Shown here: positions 13,701-27,000 of the stretch, one piece after another | How positions within the stretch are numbered: position 1 is the stretch's first letter | Layout: every line of letters starts with the position of its first letter | NCBI GenBank assembly: GCA_000708835.1 | Contig: DF237350.1 | Location: 21,172-85,171 of the forward strand | Origin: Klebsormidium nitens | Lineage: Eukaryota; Plantae; Klebsormidiophyceae | Direction of reading: 5' to 3' | Length of the DNA stretch: 64,000 nucleotides | Notes under the pieces: model-generated | Seen by the model: the letters and a program-made list of their open reading frames with translations, nothing else | Told to the model about the DNA's origin: nothing | Database searches by the model: none | Program-made: the position numbers and the translations under genes

Positions 13701-16130
13701 CAACCCACAGATTACGAGGACACCGTTTCTTTGGACCATCTTCTCTCTACTCCAGAACCCACAATTGGGTTTTGATAGATGCTATGTCTGCATCCCACCG
13801 GTATCAATAATATGCGCAATCTCGGGTCCACGGTCGGACCAGGGAGCAATAATAAGCTGGATTTTTCTTGACGAACGGCCTGCTCTCTGGCGGGTCTTAG
13901 ATTTTCAGATTGTTTCCAGGGCGCTTGGTACTTGTCGTAAATACTTTGCGCTAGGCACCAGGTACGTCGTGTATCCTAGCGAGGACTATAGGCTGTGCTC
14001 AGCTAGGCCATCAACATGCAGCGGGAGCCTGAAGCCGTGAGAAAAATCCTACGCATTGGTTACTACTGATTGCTTTGTGGAGGAGCGCCAATTCCGACTT
14101 TATCAGTCGAACGTCTTCTGCAGCTGGTTGATGTAAGGGATTTTTATCACTGCGTTCGGAGAAGACATCACAAGTTCAGGTACGCTGCGTCAAGTCGAAT
14201 TGTGGGGATCACTAGTCGCGGAATGTCAACTGGAGCTTAGGCTTACTGAAGTATTATGCCGTGCCGACACCGCTGGTGAATATTTCTTTATATTCATCTA
14301 CCTTTCTGCACCCGTTCAGGTTCTTCGCCGTCTCTCAACGGCAGACCTGTCTAGATCTATCCGAGGATTTGGGCGTATGATCTTGCAGATCGTTCACAGC
14401 AAATGAAAGGAGCGATCGTTTGGAATCGATGCAACTGATCATTGGACTTTATCCCTTTCGTCTGCTATGGTGCTCCGGACTTATGAAATGAATGACCTTG
14501 CCCGGAATCCCCACTCAGGACGAGGTTGCAGAGTTCCCGGCCTGCTGACTGAGATGAGCCCGAGGCTGGTGTAGATCTTTGAAGATGCTCAGTGGCATCA
14601 TTGCTGCCGTCTGAAGTCGGCAATCGATTTTTAGGAATGACGTAAAGCTGGTCGGGAAGATGTTCCCGCTCTTAAAAGAAAGGGTAACTCGCAAAGCCTT
14701 GCCTGTTATTGATATCACGTTCTTGTGCAGTAAATCGGGTTCCACGCTCGAGAGGACTGCTGCCCATCAGCAGCTGAAATGCTCCTGCCATGCGTTTTAA
14801 CAAGTCTTCACGTTTTTGTGTAAGTGCTGGCCCTGACGTCAAGACGTCGCAACGTGGGGGTGACTTTCCAAGGTTATCGTCACTTGGGGGAAAGTCGACT
14901 CTCCCCTTGGCCCGTGAAAAGCTCCAGAAACCAAACAATGTGACCGTGCAACTTAGGCTGATTCACTATTTCGTGTCTCAAGTTGGAATACATCCGTTCC
15001 GTTCTGACCACTTAGCGCCCGCACGCTTGCCGCGGCCAAGGGCGCGTTCATGCGCGCGCGGCCTCTAGCTGAGCATTATTTCTCCGCCGACGATCTTAGT
15101 GAGTCGATCGAGAGGGATCCCCGCAGTCTTGCCAGGTGCCGCGGGATAGCCGCCAGCCGCGCCATCACTAATACAGCGCGTGCGTTGTGAGAGGCGCCGC
15201 GCGCGGTCTGAGTCGCAATTGAAAAAGAATTGCACCAAAAGCTCAAATTTGTAACTAGATCTAGAGTATAGATGTTCGGCTGTGACGAGGCGCCGTTTGC
15301 GTGTCTCATGAGAAGCTCGCAAGAACAAGTGGGGTGGATGCGAGACCACGGAATGATGCCGACCGGCCTGAAAAGCCTCTGGAAAGCCCCTCGATCCCTA
15401 AAGCCGTTTTGGAACCAAACAGCTTCATGTTTGAGCCCGACCTGACCATTTGGCAACAAGCGACAATTCGTTGGATAAAGTTGCTGTTTTGATGGAATTA
15501 ATCTGCGTTTCAAATTGCAAATGGCCTGCGAGAAATCTCAGGTTTCCTCGCAGCCTCGTAAGGCTACTGCCGCTCAAACATGCCTAAAAGGAACCTGCCC
15601 GGATATCGACTCATGTGCAACAGTCTTGACAATAGAAAGGGATTTTCGGGGTGATTAACGAAGTTCAAGACATCTTCCGGTGGTTCCCTGTGACGAGCAA
15701 CTGCCCTATAATGCGCTTCTTTACGCGCAGATTGCTCATAGCTAGTGCGTCATGTCACCGGAGCCAGCCAAACTCTTAGGCGGCCGGCGTCACACAATTT
15801 TAGGAACCTCTCACTCAATGTCGATCGTGGACATTTGAAACGTTCCATTATGTGTGACACAAGTTACAACACTTGAACAAATTGATCTGGGGTCAACTCG
15901 ACGTCAACTCGTAACGCGGGCAAGAAGACTTTCCATGCCGATGCCGACCCATCAGGCACGCCGTTCAGAAGTCAAGAATCTGATGAGTCGCTCTCATCTT
16001 TCAGTCCTGCTTCTTACTTTTTTGTGATCACGAAGCAAAGCTATGTTACGCATGAGATAATTTCTGCTCCGTCAAGCGCCCAAAATCGACCCTTCAAAGA
16101 ACGTTCATTTTGGCAGTCGTTCATCAGACC

Positions 16131-17042
16131 TTAGAACGGCTGAAATTCTTCAAGCTCGTGCGTCGTTGTCGTCTGTTGCAGCGGGATCAAATCGGTACAC
16201 CGTTGATGCTCTCCCGATTTGTCGGCATCCATCAGAGTTCGGCTGAATCCGAACCCCATGACCGTGCAAGAGGCCAGATTCGATTTATTAGGGGGAACGT
16301 ATCCCGTATTCGGAGGCTTCTTTCGCACCTCAGAGGTCGCGAACTGCTCTCGATGGAGCAGATTTTGAGGGTACCGGAATCCTGCCCGCGGCCGCGCGCG
16401 CAGCGCGTCTGGCGCCTTTATAGCGAGGCCCACAGCCACTTAGCTGTTCTTTGGCACATAAAATCGAGCGTCTACGTCGAATCACTTCGTACGCTTTGGG
16501 TGTGCTGCTGCAAGCACCGCAGGGTGGCCGGTTTAAACGATCAGTGCGCAACCGCAATGCAGATCTTGGTCTTGAAGCTTGTGAAGCTTTTCTTGGTGGA
16601 GGCAGCTGCGCGCACGCGCGTGCGTGACAGTGCCCGCCGACCACGCAAGTCAGCCGCCTCGGCCGGTCGCCTTGCGGACTTCAAGGGGGAGCTCGATCTG
16701 GGCGAGCTCCCGGGCCATCAGATTTTTCCACACGCGATCGAGCCGCGGCCGGCCCGCGTTCTGCGCGCGAACCCCAGGAGTGACTCGATCAACGCGCGCG
16801 CCTTTAAAGCAGGCGCGGGCGGCCTGGTCCACGCGGCCGGGGGTGTTGCAGACAGCGCCTTCAGATTTGTGCCCCATTTGGGACGGCTCGGTAACAGTCG
16901 CGCGACAGTTCGACATGGATTGACCCAGTCTGCTGTGCAAGAAGGGGAAATGCGTATCCGCCCATTTCTGAAGGCGCCTTTTCCGGGCCCGTGACAGCTC
17001 AGCAACGTGCTTCGACATGCGCGCAGGAGATACGAGTCTCAT
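16131..17042 (-). pseudogene. Possible decayed coding sequence of unknown family
   Basis: A GC-rich protein-like minus frame (…RVWKNLMARELAQIELPLEVRKA…LHQEKLHKLQDQDLHCG…RFYVPKN…) runs for ~300 codons with a few in-frame stops. Family not recognised. Confidence 0.25.
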
Positions 17043-18624
17043 ATCTGATCATTTTCCTCTAGAACAATACGAGCTTTCTCATGCTTATGAAGTCCTCTCG
17101 AGATCTCCACCTCTTCTCGTCCTTTTGAAATGTGTTCATCGCGGTCGGTAGCGGCTGCAAGTCAGGTGCACCATTCTGACCATTTGCTAGGCGACTCATG
17201 CTGGTGCTAACACGAAGATCAAAAGTGCACGATTGCCGTGGCAAAGACGAGGATCCGAGCCTGCTGTATCAATTGCGAGCCACTTGATGAATGCTCCACC
17301 GATGCCCTATAGATCGATTTTCCCGATGGTGGATTTCCCAAGTCTATAACGAAGCTTTTCCACCTGCCAGCTCAGCCAGCAAAGTAATCTCTCTTTCCTC
17401 CCGGCCCGGTACAATCCTCCTATCAAAATCGACGGTACGCAAGGGATCAGGAGGTTGTGTCTTAAACTTAGATGATGCTTGTGACCTGTTCTGTGAGAGG
17501 CATGCACCTGCCATGCGGGCCTTCCGTGCACAGTTATCCTCGCCCTGCCAGTGGTTGTACATATTCCTCAAATCAGGGGCTCCGATGGCAAGCCTGGTAT
17601 TAGGACATGCCAGAGATCATGCCGGTAAACGTACTCAAAGTTGGGTCCAAGGATTCTATGTAGCTTTTTTTCTGGCGCCCGCAGCTCTCATGCCTTTGTA
17701 TAGTTCTTAAAAATTGTTGAGGACAGGCTACTATCGCTCGTACAGATCATCTTCCTTTTCAAAGGACTCAGGTTTTTTGTTTCAAAGTAGCCCGACACGA
17801 CAGGTTTTTCTGTACGTAGGACCCGAGATTTCAGGTCCAAAAGTAGGGCGATGGCAGCGAATACTACTTACCAATGGGCTCCCCATTCCCTTTGCGTGCT
17901 CAATGGACCTCCTCATTGACAGGACGCCAGTACTGGGATAGTGACCTGCAATATACTTTTCCGAAAGAACCACGTTAAGATTCGGCTGTGCTTATAGAAG
18001 GCCATGGGTCAACAGCAGTGCGCGTGGGCTGACCTTTCGCAGCTCAGTCACCAGACATCCGCTTCTGTGACGCCTTGAGTTTCAGGCTAGTAAACAAGTA
18101 CACTCAATTGCTGTAAGTGGTCAACTAGACGACTCGCCTTTCAGTCGGCTAATTCCAAGAGGGAAAGGACTAGATCTCTGGCTGACTTCGTTGAATACAT
18201 GCAGATTGTGCGTGCAACAACTACTGCATGCTTTTCGAGACTACTGGTGCGTAAAGGGGACATAAGCAGAGTCCACACTCTTAAAGGCGAACCTAATGGT
18301 TGAGTAACGCCCTAGAAAGGTTTAAGCCCACCAGAAAGCTGGTTTATTCCGTTTACACTAGAGCTTGTGGGCGGCCTGACCTTCCATACCCAGGATTGTT
18401 TACGACGTTTGCCAATCTCACCCAAGGCATTTGCGGGTCTGCCGTACTCGTGGGCAGTTACGGGGCAGTCACTCGAACCGCCACCTAGTGCGTGTCGATC
18501 TTCCATTGGTTCAAGGATTTTTGTCATGCTTGCCATCAATCTCTGTTGAGTGGTGCTTGATTCCTCTATAAGTTACAAGCTGTTCCAAATCTGTCGTACC
18601 ATCGGTCCATCTTTAGCACTGAGA

Positions 18625-19119
18625 TCAACTGATGGCCTGCGGGCCTTTCCTCGACTTTTCCAAAACTCTGGCCCTGACCGATACTCCCTCGCTCCTAGTT
18701 ACCTGTGCCCAGCGAAGCTCGTGTTGAATTTCGTCACAGATCATGCGTTGATTGAGTGGACACATAAAGGGAACATAAAAGGTTTTGTACTGCTGTTTCC
18801 GAAGCACGATGCCACCTCGCAATCTGCGCGCGAGCATCTGCAGTACCTCACAGTCTGCACGCGCGCGCGCGCTCATGGGCCAGCGCGCCCGCACTCATGG
18901 ACCGGCATGCATCCCTCTACTCGACCTTGAACGACAAGACGAAGCCCCGTCACTCGCCGACGCAGGAGCCTCCTCTATGGACTGAGCAGAACCAGAGGCA
19001 TTTTGATCCTCTTTCGGGCCTGGGCGACACAACTGCGCTTTGAACTCGGGCCACGTCGCCAGGGAAAGGTAGAGGAAGGCCCAGAAAGAGAGGAGAATCG
19101 CCCACAGAATGTACCACAC
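18625..19119 (-). pseudogene. Possible 5' fragments of a membrane-anchored or secreted protein gene
   Basis: The ATG at 19119 starts a hydrophobic segment (MWYILWAILLSFWAFLYLSLATW) followed by a low-complexity stem. An intron-like GCGCGCGTGCAG acceptor and a second protein-like block follow. A consistent splice frame could not be built. Confidence 0.25.
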
Positions 19120-19781
19120 CTGGGAGGAAACACGGCACGGGGCTCAGCGTACACAAGCTACTGTTAAACATCTGCTTCGACTCTCCAGAATAACAAGAGC
19201 CCCCAAAGCGTTGAAGAGCAAAAACGCTGAGCAGTACAGAAGGGAATTCTTGCAGCCGTATATTCCAATGCGAAAGTGGGTTTGCCAGTATTTGCTTCTC
19301 TTTCCTTCTCACTAACAGTGTGAGAACGTCTGAACGTATCAGCCTCTGCGTAGCGAACTTTTTGAGTTCGCAAGCTGGCGGCAATGATCATTACTCACTA
19401 GCTGGTGGGCTCTTCATTCGTGAGCTCAGGTCTTTTTATGTCATCAAGAAGACGCCGCCAACTCTTTAGAAAGCTTTACTTTCACGTCGTTCATTATAAA
19501 GTCGGCCGTTTTGCTGATCGACGGCCATGACAAAGCACCGACGCATGGGCTGACCGTTCCGCTCAGTAGCTCGTCGTTCCTTGGATGCCAAAGATAAGCT
19601 ACTAAAATAGTTTGCAGTACTCCTTATGATCTAGCACGTGTACGTTTTACAAAACTTTCTAACAAAGGCTGCGAGAAGGCTTGACGTTTCAGTTTTTCCA
19701 AGAACAAGCTGTGGGCATTATGTTATCGTTCGAAGGTTGCTTCCGAGCGATACGGGTGGCTGATTGGGCATCAGCTTTCTC

Positions 19782-20102
19782 CTATTTTACCACACAATTA
19801 TCTCCATTAGTCATACTTCTCCTATGATATTTAGCTAAAGGCAACAACCAACGTTTTGCTTCAAGGCTCCCCAAGACGAATTTTTGAAGTCCACTGTATG
19901 ATATTAAGAAGGTCGCCTGATTCTTGGGTCCCAACTTGGAAGTCGAGCATTGACGGGTCCCTACTTTTCGTCTCAAATACTTGCGACGATTGGGCATCTG
20001 TGTAGTCTTAATCCAAAAGAGCATCAAGGATTCGCGTGTGCATTCTACGAGTCGGTTCGACAAACCCACTTTCACCCCCCTTTCACCCGGTTTGGGCGCC
20101 AT
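19782..20102 (-). pseudogene. Possible Bro-N (baculovirus repeated ORF / phage antirepressor N-terminal)-like fragment
   Basis: NRRKYLRRKV…KNQATFLISYSGLQKFVLGSLEAKRW resembles the Bro-N pattern N.RKAI..HV…Q..FI.ESGLY.LI..S...AK.F. Recognised by eye only. Confidence 0.3.
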
Positions 20103-23100
20103 CAGATGTTTTTCTTGCGTGGAGAGTCTTTGAATTTGACAAGTCGATCCGCTTTGCCTGGGTTCAACCTAGCAGGACAGATGTGGGCTGCTCACCTGCA
20201 AACTGGGAGTTGAGGTATACATCATCCTTGATATCCCGTTGAATTTATCTTAGCGCCCCATAAATTGTGACTGCGGCCATGCGTATGACCTCACTCTCGG
20301 ATCCGCACGTCAACGGGTGTGCTGATCGAGCGCACCCCGATCACCACCCGGGCGGCCGGCGGTGCCGGCTACGTGTGACGGCTGCGCTTATCGATCAGAC
20401 GTCGGCGGGACATTTCCGGGGGGGAAATTTTACCCAGGAACAAGCAACCGGGCTAGCAACGACCGGGTGTTTCTGAAGGGACCGTGTCCGACAATGGCGG
20501 CCTTCAGATGGCGGGCGCCGAAAGAGGGGCGAAAGTCGGAAACCTTTTGCTGTTAAGCTTCGATTACGAGCAGCGTGCACGAAAAGACCCATGGCTGTGA
20601 AGAGACGCGGACTTTTGCGGTGCTCATCTCAAATTCTGCAACAGAATCTTCACAGCGCCTTCTCGGAATGCCGGCATGAACCCGTCTCAAGATCGCATTT
20701 GAGCCTGATGTCTGACGTGCCGTGTATGCAAAAGGGCGGTCGCCCATCTAAGCGTGTCGGCTGGGTGCGGAGGGTACTGCTTTTCCACACCTTAGTAACT
20801 ATATGGCTGGCAGTCTGTATTTTCGCACCCTGGTAAGTGTACGGCTTTTGCCAAGAGTCCAGATTGTGCATCTGGACAACTCATGTCCTAGCACTGATAG
20901 GTTGCAAACTTCAATGCTCAAGATGGAAAGCTCTGGAAATACAGTGGCTGTTTGTGACGATCACTTTGTTCGTGCGAGCATTTAAGGACGCGCATACAAG
21001 TTCTTCCATGCTACTGATGCTAGCAAACCTCAACTCAGAGGTACTTTCCGAGTACATCGATGAACGACGGTAGGGTAATCAACTGTTCCGGCATATACCG
21101 CAACGGCTGAATGCTTGCCACGGCCCTTTTAATCGACTAGCTCTCTTAGACCTGTGACGGCAAGTCTCATTCCCGAAAGAAGCACTGGGTTGCCGGCGCC
21201 CATCACCGACGTCTTCCCCTGCATTGTGATGTGACTGTCACGTGCATATGCGGAAGTAACAAGAAGCGCGCGACCAAAAATGGGAGTTTTAAACCTCGCA
21301 ACTTCTGACGGGCGCCCCTGAACTTACAAGCTCGAGTTGACGAACGTGAATCCATCTTCAATAGCTTGCTTCTTTTGTTGCAATGCTTTCCCTAATGCCT
21401 GGATGCCGGTCGGGTGATGATCGAAAGCGTTCTCAGATCGAAGGGACTACAGGTATCCAGCTGCAGCTGCAAGTCAATTGATTGGTTGCACCAGTTTTGA
21501 GAGTGATCCAAAGAAATTCAAAGCTTTTTTGCGGAGCTGAAGTGCTGAATTGTGCGCTTGTCCGCATGACTCTGGGTTGGGCTTTTGCACCAAGCGCATC
21601 GGCACGAGATTGCACGACTGAAAACAAGGACGAGACGAGTCGCGTGACACACTTTAACTGATGACCTCATATCAAGGATACCCCAATGATAGTAGCTCGC
21701 GGGCGGTGCCCACTCTTCTCCACCCCATCCCATCATTCCGGGTCTCACCGAGTCTTCAAAGTGCCTAAACGGGGAATATAAGTTGCCACGTCGAAAGTAA
21801 GCAGACGTCTTTTGATCTTCTCACACAGGAGCTCTGAGAGGGCGTTATTTATTATCCGGTTTGATAGTCCGAGTCGCGGCCAGTAGGAAGCTAGAATGGA
21901 AGCCCTGTGCAATCGACCTTTGAAGGCTTTGAACGGTCTCGGCTCAGATGCTGTACGGCTGTGACGATCGAGGATGCTGATGCTTCATGCAGTCAGCACT
22001 TCTTGAGCACTCGAAAGCCGTTCAGTAGGAAGCATTATGGAACCTCGGGCCTCCGTCAAAATGAGGAAACCGGCCAGAGAGTTCAAGTGTGCAAGTTCCA
22101 TCTCCTGAGAGCCACAGGGCTTCTTATGGCTAGCAAGATACAGATTACTCAGAGGTTCTGGGGGCAACAAGCCACGTCGGCACGTCTGTGAAATCGCACC
22201 TCGTCTGAATGTCGCTTTCTGACTTGCCGCCGCATATCATCCCTGGTGCGTTGTGGATTCGTTCGTCGGTTGTGGGCATGTGGCTCTAAGCTCGGCCCTT
22301 CGCGGTCAAGAGCTGCTCAGCTGCGCTGCCCCCACGCATGGTCACCTACCATTATGGATTGGGAGAGCGCCCTCTGCGTATTTGCGAACCAAACACGGCT
22401 GTTTCATTGCGCAGCATGAGCTTCTTCATGCATTCAAATCCCGAGAGCAACGTGGCCAGTGTATATGGCGTTAAAAACTTATGGCACGAGCTTCAAAAAG
22501 TCTGGATGAATCAAGCGCCTGCTGTTTCACTCTCAAAAGGACGGAACGGAATCCGCGGACGCATTTTCCGATATCAAAGCCGAATGAACAGAATCAGGAG
22601 ACTCGGGCTTTCTGATCTGTATCGAAATCGTACGCGGTTGGAGCGCCTCTTGCTGCAAAGCCTATTTGCATAGTCTGGTGTGACCATCTTTGGGATACTT
22701 TCTATAAAGCGCTCAGCGGATGGCTGTGATGAAAGGGCTGGCCCTGCATACCTTCTGCAATGTCCCTTTGACTCTTCGAGCGAGTCAATGCCAGTCCTTA
22801 ATGTGGCATCGCATGCCTGCTCTGCAAAGCAATTCCACTACAATTCTGTTCCATAAAGACATGGTCTGCATGCCGCAGTGCACCTAGGCCTTGCATGAAG
22901 TTGACTCAGGCATCTTGTCGTCACTAAATCCTTTCTGGACCCATAAAAATAGATCCCGCTCTGCCCCTCTTCCGTTTGATCATGGCAATGAAGATACGCA
23001 AGGTTGTGAGTTCGAGATGGAGCCCACTTCTGGATTAAATCTTCCGAGCCAATCCGTATGCGCGGAATCTGAGTCCACGTGTACACCTGAGTTAGCTCAT

Positions 23101-24080
23101 TCTTTATACCGGTTTGAGACCTGGTGAAAAGACGCCTTTATGGCTCGCGTGAGTTTCCAACCAAAAGAAATCGAAACGGATCGATTTGATGACGTGCTTC
23201 CCGAGGTTGACCGCTGAAACCTGCGGATACTGAAAGCACAAGGGCAACCAGAGTTCTAAACCTCGCGAAGGCCTGCAAAGGCCCGGACGCGGAGCGACTG
23301 AACCTTCGAGAATGCTCTCTTGCCAAAGTTTGATGATGGAAAGTACGGTGCACTTCTTCGTGAATTGAGCACTTTCGTGACGCGATTCTCATCTTCATAA
23401 TGACCCTGCCTATATAGTGCATCTGGTGGGATACTGAAGTATGAGTAATATGAGTAATATGAGAAATCAATTTATGTGCTGGGGCATCAGAGTTCTGTTG
23501 GCAATTACCGTTGCGGCTGTATGCTCCGACGTTGCTCGAGACGTGTACGTGGATTTTTTCTGACTAGAATAAACCACAAATCTTCTGTGAACCTGCCAAG
23601 CGGCGCCTCGAGATATACAAACGGTCCCGAGATTCGGGCAGGCCCGGATGCCCCGAGACAGTAAACAAGAAGCATTGCATGACTGGGCATATGGGCACAC
23701 ATATTAATGCTTTCCGGTGTTCGAAACGCAGAGGCTGCTTTGCAGGCAATCTATTATAGATGGCCGTTAATTTCAAGGCCCTTATGTGTAACTTAGTCCG
23801 CTATTAGCAATCTATATTGGAGCAACTTTGACTGCGCCACATAAGCGATACTTACTGCAACTCGTCTGCATCATAGAGTCACTCGACTCTTGCAGGCGCC
23901 TCAGACTATCAGCAGACCCAACAGCCGCTGGGGCAGGCCAGCAGAAATTGGGCCTACAAATACTGCTTCCAGGCGCCCACACACTTCATTCCCATCAGCC
24001 GCCTCTCACTCTCATCTTTTGGTCCCCCACAAGGCCCTCTCTCTCGGCTCCTCTGTTTGCGTGAAGAAGCGGCGGAAGCG

Positions 24081-27000
24081 ATGGCGGTGAGTGCTTCTCT
24101 AAATTCAATCCTAAAAATAATCTTCGTCTGGGCACCCTGTTTCTGTTTGTTGTCATAGAAGTGGACCAAGACCGCGTTGGTCGCTCGACGTCAGAGAATT
24201 CTTGGCTGCTATAAAAGGTTCACGGAGCATGTGGCAAGCGATCTTTCTCAACGCTGCCGGGATTCTTTTGAAGAGTCTGCACCTTTTCTATGGTCAATGA
24301 GCATCTGAATGGATGTCCTGGAGATAAGGTTTCCTTCCCTCTTTAGTCTTTGCTAGTCAGCCCACTAGCAGGGCCGTATTTATCTCAAAGGAATGGAGCA
24401 GAATTTGGGCGCTATTGCTTCGCACAAGGTACAACTGGTTTCAGGTGCTTTGCGTCTGCATTCTGCATTGACTTCCTGGCTTGCATACACACTTTGAATC
24501 GAATTCTCAATGTAATGCGAGATTACGGAACTGAGGGTCGTTCTGTTTCCACGCGCGCGCAGCTCGCGTACATGCTTGCTGCGGCGCTCGTGCTCGCGGC
24601 CGCGGGGCCGGCCGCGGCGCAGCCGACGAACGCGCTGCCCGGAAAGCCGCCGGTCGTGTTCAATGGGACGGTGCTTCCCGACAGGACCTTCGTCGAGAGC
24701 ACCTTCCTTCAAGTGGCCAGTGAGTGCCCCCGGTCTCGTTTCCTTGTTGACAACACTTCAGATGTAGCGGGATATGTTTTAAGCTTTCAAACTCGTTAGA
24801 GTGAAGAGTTTTAGAGGTCCATGAGCGAATTCGCAGATCGGAGGGCTTTTGTTGAAGAAAACTTTGCAGAACGAACAAGTGCGGAGCGTCACTGAACGAG
24901 AAGTAAGAAAGCGTCCGAACCTTTCGACGTCTTTCGCACGACAAAGTTTGCGAACGTTTGTGCAGACACTCCCATACCTGTCAGGCTTGCCCAAAAGGAA
25001 CGAGGCTCTTTTAAAGACGGCCGCCAGAAAGCTGGAGTGCCTTTTGAATTCTTCGATCGCTTCTCGCTCACCATTCCCTCCGTTCCCTCACCGTTCCGCT
25101 TGTTCCGTTCCGCGCAGCCGGCTCCGCAGCCCGCCAGAGCTACAACGACTTCGACCTGTACAACTTCCTGACCAACACGGAGTGCCTGGAAGCCAGCTTC
25201 GATTCGTGGGCGGCCTTTGGAGTGCCGCTCGACCCTGTTCTGGTCGCCGGAGGCCCCCCCCCGATCGGCGCCAACCGGGCGAACATCTCCCCCGAGCTGC
25301 TGCCGTTCGCACAGGAGACCGCCCGCGACGAGGCGGGCCACGTCAGGTGAGCGCGCGCGCGCGCTTCGAGCCGGGGGCGGCCGCGCGTTCGCGAAGTTTC
25401 AGTGGGCCGAACTGATCTTTCATGCTGGTGAAAGTCGTGCTGGTGATAGTCAGGAAAATGGGAGCGCAGCTGGTTAGGCATCGGCAATGGGTCCGGAGCC
25501 AATCCCTCAAAACGCGCGGCTTCCGTCTTGTCAGCTACTAACCCGTTTCTAAACCCTGTCGCTTAACCAGGCTGATCCGCGAGGCGATCGCGGATCTGGC
25601 CTCCCCGTGCCCCCTGCTCAACTTCACGGCGTTCGCGGACTACTTCGGGAACGCGGTCACGCGCAAGTTCGGCAAGAAGTACGCGGGGCCCCCCTTCTTC
25701 GACCCCTACTTCGATGACGTCACCATCTTCCTGGCCATCTGGTCGCTCGAGGAGATCGGCGCCACCGGGGATAAGGTGGGCGGTTAATTCTCCAAATTTA
25801 GAGTACTGCAATCATTGGTCAGTGAGTGCAAACAGACTAAGGTTGCGCGTCGACCGAAATCCTACTTGGCCTCCAGTGTTGCCTGTGTAGTACCGCCATA
25901 CGAGGTACGGTACTTTTTCCTGCCGAAGTGCTGATCTGGTACGTACAGTTCTGACCACGTGGATTCATTGGACCTTCCGATTGGCTCAAAGCTCGGAAAG
26001 AATCTGGCAAGCCTCTTGCAGCTTTTCGGTCGATGCGGACCCTAAAAGCTTTTCACTCTAAAAACTTGTGCAATCGTCTGGATGATAGGAATCACGGTCC
26101 CAATGCCACACCTGCTCACATGGTTACTCCCGATCCTGGCCGACCCGGAAGATTACTTAACCCTTTTCAACAACCCACTCGTTTCCACCGATCCGCAGGG
26201 CATCACGGTCCTTATGGAGAACGCGACCATGCGCGACGGCGCCGCGGGTCTGGCGGTGTCGGCGGGCTACCAGGCGGCCGCGCAGCGGTGGATTCTGTGG
26301 GAGCGGCGCAACAGGCTGGTGGAGCCGTTCAAGCTGACCGTTGCCCAAGTCGCGGAGGCCATCTCTGAGTATCGCGACAGCCTGGACGGCCCGCAGGTGA
26401 GCTTTCCGGACCAATCTCAGTTTCTTCTACAATCAATGCTCCGTAGCCCTAAGTTTCCACTTTGAAGATCAGTTCTACGTCGAAGATTCAGAGACGTCGA
26501 GATGGGAGAGCATCTTCTTCTCACATACTCTCCTTCCTTCTGCGTCCCTTCCTTCTTTCTTCCGCCCTTCATTGTGCTTCGCATTGAACTGTTCAATCTT
26601 ATCTTGGAACTCGCGCCTTGCCTTCCAATCTGCTTGAGGTTCTTCTTCGTCGCCCAGAAATCCGTTTTTGGGCTGAATAGAATCATTTCATTGGCCCATG
26701 CAGGATGACGACCAGCCACTGTTCTACAGGGGTGGCATCAACATCGTTCCCACTGACGCGAACGGCGTTACTTACTCGCGCACGCCTCAGCAGGTATTAT
26801 ATGTAACAGTTCTTTCCAAACCCTACCACTGTTTCCAGCATTCAAAAGAATCTGAATCAAAAGAACGAAAAAACGAGCCGCTTGGTTGTGTATCTAGATC
26901 TGGGTCCAAAACTTTTTCGTGAAGGCGTAGTGTCGTATTTGACGGGATCGCCGGATCGGATCGCGACACTCGGGCGCATCTTGCTTTTGAATGATCCTCT

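Noticed and set aside
16110-16994. 294-aa plus-strand ORF
   Set aside because: Composition looks like the antisense shadow of a GC-rich minus-strand sequence, and there are no motifs.
22338-22673. VKNLWHELQK resembling the Tc1 IENLW motif
   Set aside because: No preceding SPDLNP or DD34E context and no TIRs.
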